In this document: in pieces, positions 40,201 through 51,039 of the stretch
Numbering within the stretch: position 1 is the first letter of the stretch
Layout of the letters: each line of letters begins with the position of its first letter
Origin: Macrostomum lignano
Taxonomy: Eukaryota
NCBI GenBank assembly: GCA_002269645.1
Contig: NIVC01003044.1
Location: 1-64,000 of the forward strand
Direction: 5' to 3'
Length of the DNA: 64,000 nucleotides
Made by a program: the position numbers and the translations under genes
Notes under the pieces: model-generated
Told to the model about the DNA's origin: nothing
The model's database searches: none
The model's input: only the letters and a program-made list of their open reading frames with translations

Positions 40201-41290
40201 CTGCGCGATTGAGCCTGCAAAAAAGTCAGCGAGTTCAATAAATTAAATGGGATTTAATTATTGATTATACATATTGAGATTAAGCGCTACTAACCTACTC
40301 TTAGTAGAATATTAACAGGATATTTAAAAAATGAATTCAGCCGTTAAAGAATCTTCATTGTCTATGGCCAAATCTATGGTCAAATTTCACACAATATGCT
40401 AAAATTAAAGTAGGTAAAGTTTACTTGCTTGCTTCTAATTAATTAGTAAAGCAGAAAAAAAAAGTAAAAAGTAAAAAAAAGTACATTACGATTTGCGCTA
40501 TTAAAAACAGGTCGAGATTTTCACCCCCATATTGTATTCCATTGGAATTAAGAATAAGCAACAGGCATTTAACTCAATGTACACGAATGAACGCAAGACT
40601 GAAGAAACTCAGCCTAGGGGGGGCAGGCTCAAACTAGCTCAGCCAATGAGAGAGCAGTAAGGAGAGAGGTCAAGTCAAAGTAAGACGGACGAAACAGTAG
40701 GCCCAATCTGGCTCAGCCAATGAGAGTGCAGTAAGGAGAGAGGTCAAAGTAAGACGGACGAAAAAGTAGGCCCAATCTGGCTCAGCCAATGAGAGCGCAG
40801 TAGGGAGAGAGTTCAAAGTCAAGACACAAGCGGGCAAGAGGAAAGCCAAACGGTTTTCGGCGTGGCTGGGGTACCAGCCCTTTTCTCTCTTGCTCGTTAT
40901 TCGCGCACACTGGATTTGCTTTTCAAGTTTTTCTGTAATATTCCACACTGTCACAGGGAGTGTACAAGCCTGACGATTAGAAAATCTAAAAAGGACTGCT
41001 GTACACCCTGTGTGAGAGTGTAGATAAGTGTATGACTGCGTACAGTATTGGCGCACTTTTATGTGTTGGGGAGTCAGCAGTATGGGCAGAATTGCCACAG
41101 CACTGTGTGGTACAATGTCGCCTTGCAGAGTACCCACAGCCCTTATTGTGTAATATATGAATATTGTCAAATTAAACATTTAAAGCAAGCTCACATAGAA
41201 CTGGTTGGCATTGTCACTACTATTAGCAGTAGACATTGAGGACAGCAGGCCGCCAGATCCATAAAAGAGTCGGTGGTCGCTGCTGCTCAT
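34240..41290 (-). CDS. PAN3: PAN2-PAN3 deadenylase subunit PAN3 (pseudokinase + C-terminal knob domain), 6 coding exons, about 652 aa
   Basis: Exons (minus strand) 41290-41195, 40214-40071, 39247-38696, 37389-36821, 36066-35742 and 34512-34240; total 1959 nt, phases consistent. PAN3 hallmarks: [93 protein letters not shown]. The two 5' exons and the 39247 acceptor are less certain. Confidence 0.93.
36067..36770. repeat. 20-bp (CTCTGTAGCTGATTGGGTCA)n filling PAN3 intron 4
   Basis: Direct reading; the terminal unit supplies the splice acceptor. Confidence 0.96.
37900..38640. repeat. 25-bp (GAGCAGTAGAGATGAGAGAGGAAGA)n in PAN3 intron 3
   Basis: Direct reading; artificially extends the PAN3 exon ORF in the track. 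Confidence 0.96.
39330..39965. repeat. Degenerate GGGAATTCCCC-containing minisatellite in PAN3 intron 2
   Basis: Direct reading. Confidence 0.85.
40637..40800. promoter_or_regulatory. Three tandem 70-bp units, each with an AGCCAATGAG (NF-Y-type CCAAT) box, in PAN3 intron 1
   Basis: CCAAT at 40643, 40717 and 40786 in GCTCAGCCAATGAGAG context, plus CCCAATC at 40702 and 40771. Confidence 0.35.
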
Positions 41291-44200
41291 CTGAATTTAA
41301 CAAAATTTATAAACAAGCGCTGAAATAAACATTGGGGAAAAGTCAGATGGAGCAGGAAAAATCTACTATAATAATGACTGGCTGTTGACTTACAACATTA
41401 GGCAAAGCTGAAACATAAATAGACTTTTATAGATGACAATTGCATAATATGCCAACATGGAAATGTCATCACTATCGCAAATTGTAAATACTATTGTGCT
41501 AAGAAAAATTATTTGTTATATTTCATAGTAAAATATTAGCATAAAACCATTGCAGATGAGCAATAAGAATCATAAAATTTAGTCCTAAAAGTGTAGCAAG
41601 GTTGGCTGCTATTTTCAGATCAACCAGAGCAATTTTGGGGTCTAAATTCATTATAGTCCATTGCTTGCTTGGAGTTATACTGGAGGAAAACTGATGGAAT
41701 TTCATCATTTACACAGGATTTATGCAGGCTTATACACAAACTAGGTATAATGCCTGCACTATAGAGAGAGGGGTGCAGGGCAGTTTGTACAAACATTTTT
41801 CAAATTTGTGCATTATAATTAAAATTAAAAAAATACATAAATATTGAAAAGATAATAAGATAAAAGTCTTTATGTTACAGCACAATTCCTTGATTTTAAG
41901 CATTGTTTTACTTTTTACAAATAATAAAATATGCAGTTATTTAAATTCTCTGTCTTATTTAAATACAAAGTAATTTACATAGCAATTGAAACCCCAGTCA
42001 CCTTTATTTCTATTTAGAGAAATGTGCAAAAAGATCATCTATAGTTTTTTTATACCAGCCATTTATGCAAATCTATTTTTCCATCAATTCTTATGCCAAG
42101 CATTTATGCTAGATTTAGATTTATGCCAAAGATTTCTGGCATAACTATAACAAAATAGACCATAGCAAATTTAGGATGTCATCTAGCAGAAGTCAAATTT
42201 TTTTTAATTCAAATAAAATACTAACATCTATACCTTAAACTTTACATTACCAAGCCTCTTTGATACAGAATTTGTACAAATCTACAATAGATTCCAATAG
42301 ACTACTAAAATCCAACAATTTATAAAGTCTTAAAATCCTAATATTTCTAATACTTCTTTCAAAATATTTAAGATTTTAAATTTAATATGGATTGCAAAAA
42401 GTATATAGGATCAAGATTCTATCTTTACTTTATTATAGTATTTATGTCTAATTAGTATTACAATGGGCTAGCTAGCTATGGCTAGCTTACTGGTTATACC
42501 AATGTGGATTTAAAAAAGTAGACAAATGCAAAGCCAAATTTTGAGAAGAATATAATTTTTACAAGCATTTTTAAAAAGCTTTATTAGATATAATTTTCTT
42601 TAACTTTATAGCTATAATTATAAATTAATAAGACTTATTGCCAAATTTGCCTAGATTGTCATTGAATTTATATACATAATCTAATATATGTTCTATAGAA
42701 CTTATACTATCTACAACACTTAGGCCAACTTTGACCAAGAAGTTGATAATCATAATCTATTCAACTCTTTTAGCTAAAATTATTAGGCCTACCCAAAATT
42801 CATTTTCAACATAAAAAATCATTACATTAGTTATATTGAAAAAACTGGCAAATAGACTAATCATAATCCTAATTGTAATAAGGATCTTAATAATCTGACT
42901 CTGATGTTGCGATTTTTTTTGTCACACTATAGGCCTTAGGCCTAGAAGTAATTTCAATTCTCCAATTTTCAATCCTTAGAACTATTTTTGCATACTCAGC
43001 TATTGAAATGAAACGTTTTTAAAAAAAGAATATTTTCATTATGCCAATATTTTAGGCCTAGTTATTTAGAAATGTTTAGAAGTATCCATATTTGTTACTC
43101 CGAGGGCTGGCCGCTGGGCAACTTCTTGAGGTGGCAGTGGCACAATCTATATTGGGGCAGGTCTTCTGCCAGCCTTTTATAAGTGGAAAGCACTTTATTC
43201 GCAGTATTTTCAGCTAAGCAGCAAATACCGTGTATTGCTGTGTATAGCTTTCTACTACACCTTGTCGCCGGATTGACTGGATACCAACTAAGACTATATA
43301 TAGGGGCCTACCCCATTAATACCTGGCATGCTGAAATGAAATTTATAGGTTAAAAAGGTTTAAGTAGACAAGGCATTGGGCAAAAACTCAAGGCCTTTTC
43401 ATATTGCTTGTTCTAGTTCTAGAACCAGATCCAATTTGTAAAGTATAACTTTTTGTCTCCTAAACTAGAGGGATAAAAATGCTTTACCCAAGTGCTTTAA
43501 AGTTGTGATTATTGAATGGCAATAGCCAAGAAGAAAGTGAAAAATTGTGCAAATTGAAGCTGTAAGGCAGTCAAACATCCAGCAAAGTTACATAGTTATA
43601 CTGCTTTTTTCTTGGAAGATCCGAATCGATTCTGGTTCTGTAATTGGTAATGTGAAAAGCCCCTCAGAATATATTAAAATTAATAAAGTAACGAAAGTTT
43701 TAAATAAGTTTCATAGAAACTAACGTACTAAAGTAAAATGTAGCGCAAAATGTATAGAAAAAAAATAAATATTTAGATCATGTTTTAAATATAAAATTAA
43801 ATAACTTTTTTGAGTCCCTTTGAAACATTTGCAGAAATGTATTTTTAAAGATAGCAACTTTTTTATTTACAATACCGTTCTATTTTGCCGGCATCTCAAA
43901 ACATAATTTATAGCGTAAAGTCTACTTAATTCGACAGTTAAAAGTTTGACCATTTATCTAATTTATATATATTTAAAAAGTTATGATGGGATTTTATTAT
44001 GAGCTAGTAGTGCTAAAAGTTAGGTAAAATTACTATGTATGCATATGCAATGCCTAGCTAACTAACATTTCGTAGATAAATCTGCAGCAGCAAAAAGCTT
44101 GTTAGGCCCTAGGCTGTTTCGCATATATACGTCTGTTTGACATTAGACCTGCTAACTTTTTTGCCCCTGTTTATGTTATGTAGAGAGAGTAAGAGACCTT

Positions 44201-45156
44201 ATCGGTTGTATAGACTATATGAAGTTTTATTTTATTTGACTCAATTTCAATAAAGCTAAGTTTTTCTCAATTCTTCTGATTAAAAGGTTGATGGCCAGCT
44301 TTTTTCAAGGAATATTTCAAAATGTGTAAGTAAAATTTTATAATTTATTACTACTGAATTACATACTACTGTTAATGTTAATCATTTAGTTTAATTAATG
44401 ATATTGATAGGCTTAAATTGAAATTAAAATTTTATCAGGGGGCCTAGGCCGGGGACTAATTATATCTTTCTATTAGACTATAAAATCTAAATGCTGTTTT
44501 TAGGGCCTATAGGGTTATCAAGGTGCTGACCAATTGGGAGACAAACAAATTTGGAAACAAAAATTTGACAATTTGACAATTTGACAATAATAACAAAAGA
44601 ACATTTGTTTATAATCTTATTAAATTTTTCAATAGAATTGTAGTAGGCCTAATCAATATACCATAGTCCGGAAGAGGGGTGGTATGCCGGATTAATCTGG
44701 TGTACACTCAGGACTTTCGGCGTACACTTGGCGTACAATTTTTTACTTTTTGAAATCTGGCATACTATCTGGCGTATAAAAATACATATTCAAAAAGTGG
44801 CGTACATGTTCTAGCAGTTGCGGAATCAAATCAAATAGTCTAAGAAAATAGTGTGCATACAGTTCATAGAATCATGTGCAAGAGTTCCTGAAAAATGAAA
44901 AAAAAACATAAAAAGTCATTTTTTAAGCGTAAATTTCAAACTTTCCAAGTTTTTAAAGCTCATAATAGAAAATTAAAACAAATTTTTGTGTGTATTAAGT
45001 TTCCAGCTGTAAATAAGATAAGAAAAAAGCAAAAGTATAAACCAAATTATTTGCTTAAAAGGTTACTTTACGCAATTTAAAAAAAATAATATATTGTCGC
45101 AACGTAAAAAAATGTCATTTATTGTCGCGATACCAGCATAGATTTAAGAGTGGGCA

Positions 45157-45432
45157 CATACATGCGCAACCCCCCTGATTTACACTGGCCATGCGACTTA
45201 CTTTTTGACCAAAAATGCGACTTACCTGTGAAAGAAACCCTAAAGCAAAATAAACGCTTATTTGGGTAAACGGCAGGAGTAACTATGACTGTCTTATCAG
45301 GCCTAAATGCCTCGGCATCTAATTAGTACTACGTCCATATTCTTTGGGGTGGCATTTTTGCGACTTACCCCTGGTCCACCACAATTTACGGTGGCCAGAT
45401 CGGCCAGGTCGGCCAGCAGTTGCGCATGTATG
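45157..45432. mobile_element. 276-bp MITE, 14-bp TIR CATACATGCGCAAC, 8-bp TSD AGTGGGCA (hAT-like)
   Basis: Perfect inverted termini at 45157-45170 and 45419-45432. Identical AGTGGGCA at 45149-45156 and 45433-45440. Confidence 0.85.
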
Positions 45433-46608
45433 AGTGGGCATGCACTCAAAATTTGGCGTACACTGGCGTACCAAAAAATTGTGAGAGATTTTTGTCCGGC
45501 GTACATTTAGGGTGTTTATTTAATTAGATACTGATCATTTTGGCAAAAGACTACTTCACTCTTCAGCAAAGCCAAAGCCAAGGCCATTTTGGCAAAAGAC
45601 CATTTTGGAAAATCCACTTTGGCAAAAGCAATGACCACTTTGGCTAAGTCTATGGAACTTAATAAAACATTTGTTTAATGAAACAAGACAATGGAATACT
45701 AGCACAAGTTTATCTCTAGCAAAGAAAATGATCTTCTTTTCCTATAATATTGACTTATTGAGTTAATCTATTACAATAGAAATATTAGATTCCATTTTAA
45801 GTGAAAAAAGAATCCAAAAATCAATATTTGAACTGTGCTAGGCCTTTTGGCTCTGTCCTATAAAGTCTTAATTCTTAGCCTCTGCCTAGTCCTTATGCTG
45901 CTACCAAAGTTGTTCTAGGGCTAGCTTCCTACAGTAATCTTTAAGTTTTTTTGTTAAGTTGGTAGCTGCCACCAGGATTATCCTATTAATAAATTATGAG
46001 TATATCAATCTTAGAATAATCTGAGAAACATTTCTTAGAATTGATCTGAGTATATATCTTAGTATTTAGTCTAAGTATTTAGTCTGAGTATTTATCTGAG
46101 TATTATTCTTGGAAACTATTAGCCCGTATAAGTATTATTCCTCTGTTATTCTGGTAGCATTTATTCTGATTCCGGTAGTATTTACTGCACTTTTGGCCTG
46201 AATGGTTTATTGGCTATACTGGTATATGTATTTCATGTACTTTGCAAGTCCTTGGGCATTATCGAGATCAGAGGGTCACAGCCTCCGGTTATTCTTACAC
46301 ATATCACTTCAGATCTACTTCATATATTCTTACTACTCAATTCTGCTACTTCTCAGTAGTATGTACTGTATACACTTTGGTCTACTTCGCTCTTACTTCG
46401 TAAAAGGAATTAACACAGAAAGCACTTCTTCAATTCTTATTTTCTTGGAACTCTTACTATTCGCTATCAATCACTTATCGCAGAACCGTGATGCATGAGG
46501 TTGTCTTGTCCTCTGCTGAAAACACTTCTATTTATACTAAAATTTAATATAGATTTAAATAAGTATATATTCGCGTAAAATATTATGAAAAATACAAGTA
46601 TTAAAACA

Positions 46609-49305
46609 CATTAAAGTCACACATTAGAGAGCCACCATGTAGAACATTAAAGAGCCACCATGTCAAACAATAGAGAGCCACCATGTAGAACATTAAAAAG
46701 CCACAATGTAGAACATTAAAGAGCCATGATGTCAAACAATAAAAAGCCATCATGTCAAACAATAAAGAGCCACAATGTAGAACATTAAAGAGCCACAATG
46801 TCAAACATTAAAGAGCCATCATGTCAAACAATAAAGAGCCACCATGTCAAAAATTAAAGAGCAACAATGTAGAAAATGAAAGAGCCACATTGTAGAACAT
46901 TAAAGAGCCACAATGTTGAGCATTAAAGAGCCACCATGTCAAACATTAAATAACCACCATGTAGAGCATTAAAGAGCCACAATGTAGAGCATTAAAAAGC
47001 CACCATGTAGAACATTAAAGAGCCACCATGTAGAACATTAAAAAGCCACAATTTCGAACAATAAAGAGCCACCATGTCGAACATTAAAGAGCCACAATAT
47101 GTAGAACATTAAAGAGCCACAATGTCAAGCATTAAAGAGCCACCATGTAGAGCATTAAAGAGCCACAATGTAGAGCATTAAAAAGCCACCATGTAGAACA
47201 TTAAAGAGCCACCATGTCAAACATTAAAGAGACACCATGTCAAACATTAAAGAGCCACCATGTCGAATATTAAGTAGCCATCATGTCAAACAATAAAGAG
47301 CCACCATGTTGAACATTAAAGAGCCACCATGTCAAATATTAAAGAGCCACAATGTAGAACATTAAAGAGCCACAATGTCAAATATTAAAGAGCACAATGT
47401 AGAACATTAAAGAACCACCATGTAGAACATTAAAGAGCCACCATGTCAAAAATTAAAGAGCAACAATGTAGAAAATGAAAGAGCCACATTGTAGAACATT
47501 AAAGAGCCACAATGTCGAGCATTAAAGAGACACCATGTCAAACCCTATTGGAATAAGTTTTCAGACACTGTGGACAGTGCATCTAGTGCGCCATGGCAAT
47601 CATAAAGTGGCCTGGACGGTGCGTCATGACAATCTTCAAATCCTAAGGTGGTATGGACGATGTGTCATTCAAATCTTCAAATCCTAGGGTGCCATAGCAC
47701 TCTAGGTTTAGGTGATATTGTGCATGACTCCAGTCTCTATCATGTTCATTCTGATGATGCATCACTCGTTTTTGAGAGATTTAAAGAGATTGAGAGAAAG
47801 TTGTGTGTTTTACCGCACTTGTGTTTTACTGCACTCTGTTCTGTACTGTACTTCTGCCCCTTCTGTTGTAGTTGTATCTATTTCTTAATTCTTAGTCTAC
47901 TCGTCTTTTGACTTACAAAGTTACATTGTTGGTCTATTCAAAGAAAAATAAATAATGTAAATAGTGTGGCAATTGCATCAGTGAGTACTTAAAATAATTA
48001 CGAACACTGAAACCCTTTACTTCAATTTGGCTAATCGGTTAATACAAAATGAAGAAACTCCGTGATGAACAACACAGAGTTCACGAACAAACAAAATTGT
48101 CTTTGCCTTATCCACACACTTTTTCAGTAGTAGTTGTAGCACTTTGGCTCGGGTCGGGTTATCAAATCTGATAACTATTTAGCATGGTGTTTCGAAGAAT
48201 ATTTTCACATTTAAATGTCAGCATAAATAAATGTACGCGCAACCAATCAAAAAGATAATTAAACAAAGCAGAAAATTTGTTGAGACTTTTAATAGAATTT
48301 AGTTTACTTTTTTATTTCTTGCAACTGCGTTATAAGAGAACATTAAGAGCAATTAGCATTTGGCACTATGTTATAATGTTTATGAGGCAATAAAGAACAT
48401 TTCTGCTGCGATCTTTCAACTACAATTTCCAATTTTACGATTAACTTGCATGCATATTCTAGATGACACAGCAATCAATACATATGATAGGAGATATGCT
48501 ATACTATAGCCCATAGCAATATATTATCAAAGTTATAGAAATTAGAAAAACAAGTTTTACTTACAGTTTGCTGAATTTCCACCGTGCTGCTGACTTTCTC
48601 CTGTGCATGCTTCTCATCCTTGTTCAGCAGCGCTGTATGAAGCGCGTGATGTCCTCCTTGCATCTTACCTGTGAGCTGCTGTGCGTCATGGCGCATGGCG
48701 CGCGTAGCGCGCCATGCGCCATGACTATGAGGAAAAAGAAAAAGTGCGCCGGACGCCGTCCGCGAAAATACCACTTATTCCAATAGGGATGTCAAACATT
48801 AAAAAGCCACCATGTCAAACAATAAAGAGCCACCATGTTGAACATTAAAAAGCCACCATGTCAAACATTAAAGAGCCAGCATGTTGAACATTAAAGAGCC
48901 ACCATGTCAAACAATAAAGAGCCAGCATGTTGAACATTAAAGAGCCACCATGTCAAACAGTAAAGAGCCACCATGTCGAACATTAAAGCGCCACCATGTC
49001 GAACATTAAAGAGCCACCATGTCAAACATTAAAGAGCCACCATGTCGAACAGTAAAGAGCCACCATGTCGAACATTAAAGAGCCACCATGTCGAACGTTA
49101 AAGAGCCACCATGTCGAACATTAACGAGCCACGATGTCAAACATAAAAGAGCTACCAAGTTAGACATAGAAGAGCCACCATGTGAAACATATATGTGACT
49201 CCATGTCAAACATTAAAGAGCCACCATGTAGAACATTAAAGAGTCACCATGCCAAACATTAAAAAGCCACCAATTCAAACATAAAATAGCCACCATTTCA
49301 AACAC
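46609..49305. repeat. 23-bp minisatellite (AACATTAAAGAGCCACCATGTCA) split by the 47543-48788 transposon
   Basis: Same unit at 46609-47542 and 48789-49305. Confidence 0.95.
47543..48788. mobile_element. 1246-bp non-autonomous DNA transposon, 16-bp TIR CCCTATTGGAATAAGT, 8-bp TSD ATGTCAAA, inserted into a 23-bp minisatellite
   Basis: Perfect TIRs at 47543-47558 and 48773-48788. ATGTCAAA at 47535-47542 and 48789-48796. The same minisatellite resumes on both sides. No transposase ORF is visible. Confidence 0.88.
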
Positions 49306-50214
49306 AGGAGAGACATTTTCAAACGTAATAAGAAGCGTCATGCCAATCATAAAGGAGCCCCTAGAAAGCTAAAAGGAAATGTTGCACTATATACTTTTTG
49401 TCTGGTGGATGCTTGCTATTTAAGGATAGATACTTGCTATCAATTGGATGCTTGCTATCTGGGGGTTCTTTCTATCTGGGGTGCTTGCTATCTAGGGGTG
49501 CTTGCTATCTGGGGGTGCTTGCTATCTGGGAGGAGGGGGGATGTTTGCTGTCTTGGGATGTTTTCTTTTTGCATTGCGCTTCATTTGAGCAGTTTTTCTA
49601 TTGTCTTTGTGAAGACTCTATTTGGCGGGTTTTTTTTACTTGTAGAGAACAGAAGTTCTATCCAGATGTCCCCCATCGGGGGGCGAAGATTGCTAGTTTA
49701 TACTAAAATTTAATATAGATTTAAACAAATATATATTCGCGTAAAATATTATGAAAAATACAAGTATTAAAACAAAATTTGTATCTTAGTTTTGGTGTAA
49801 ATTCAAGTTCACTTAATTGGTAACTATTTTATAGAGTAATTGGGAGGGGCCCTGTACAGAACTAATTTCCTAGTATTTTATAGATTAAATCTGAGATGAT
49901 AGACTACAAAAAATTTGATATGAATTAGAACATAGTAAATTATGATTAGAAAAACAATAAAAGCATAGTAATATTAATAATAAATAAGCATAATAAATTA
50001 AATACTATCAACATTCAAATATATAAAGTTAAATAAATAATATTATATTGTGTACCTAAGTAATCATTGCATTTACCAAATTAGATTCTCTAAAATGGTA
50101 TTTTGCCAAAGTGGCTTTGCCAAAGTGGGCTTTTGCCAAAACCATTAAATCTATTACAAAAGATTTTTTTTCTTTTTCCCCTTATTTTTACTTATACATA
50201 TTTAAACATAGATA

Positions 50215-50368
50215 AAATATTGCTAATCAGATAATAAGACATTAAGCCTTAATAATATAGTCAGTTATTCCTGCCACTCATTAAAATATAGTAATCTTTG
50301 CTTTAGGGTTTTTTATAGGTAGGCTCTAAATCACATTTTTGATCAAAAAGTAAGTTGCATGGCTAGCT
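50215..50368 (-). mobile_element. Decayed inverted copy of the 45157 MITE interior
   Basis: The reverse complement aligns to 45186-45330: CCATGC(G/A)ACTTACTTTTTGA(C/T)CAAAAATG, AAACCCTAAAGCAAA, GGCAGGA(G/A)TAACT. Many differences are C>T or G>A. Confidence 0.7.
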
Positions 50369-51039
50369 TAATAAAATTTTGAAGTTTGATATGTACAAAT
50401 AAAAAAATTAAAATTTTCATTCTAGCAGATATCTACAATGATTTAGAGCCTTATTACAGCCAATGGTCATTATTATAGACAGTTGTCTTATGTAGATTGG
50501 TCCTTAGAAGTTGCATGACATGCAGCAGTTAGTACTATATATGGCAATGGCATAGCATATAAGGCAGTAGCATAGGGCAGGTACATAAGGAAGAAGGCAC
50601 AAATGACTACCAAATCTCTGATCCTTAGGACTTATACTGGCATAGTCAAATGTAAAAAAGGAGGGCATCCTGTGTAGTTTAGACCTTGGCTACAATAGGG
50701 ATCTGTCTTATGCTTTCAAAAATGCTTTTTTGGAGGAAATTCTTATATGTAATAAGGTCCTAGGTAGTTTAGTACCATATGCATAGTGTGCATCAAGGAG
50801 TGTGCTAATAATTTTAGTGTATACCACTGTTAGCAGTCATTTTACAAGCCCAAATTTTAATACTGTTGAAAGAAACTGTCTTATAAGCTTAAAATTTCAC
50901 AATGGAAAAATATTTAAAATATTAAAAAATTGCATGAGTATATGAGCTACCAAAGTACTAAGTAGGATACAATTATGAAATATAATAGCTGGTTGGTCAT
51001 TTAACTCCCATGTTTTAGATGGTAAGTCTAATGGCATAG

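Larger units (their letters stand above)
46531..49696 (+). mobile_element. Possible non-autonomous Helitron-like element carrying a minisatellite, bounded by 78-bp direct repeats
   Basis: Ends in CCCCC-ATCG-GGGGG hairpin plus CGAAGATTGCTAG|T at 49670-49697. A 78-bp sequence at 46531-46608 recurs at 49697-49774 with 2 mismatches. Confidence 0.4.

Noticed and set aside
42000-42320. Minus-strand fragments WYKKTIDDLF and LLDDIL suggesting a decayed reverse transcriptase
   Set aside because: The frames are riddled with stops and the other RT motifs cannot be placed; a profile search would be needed.
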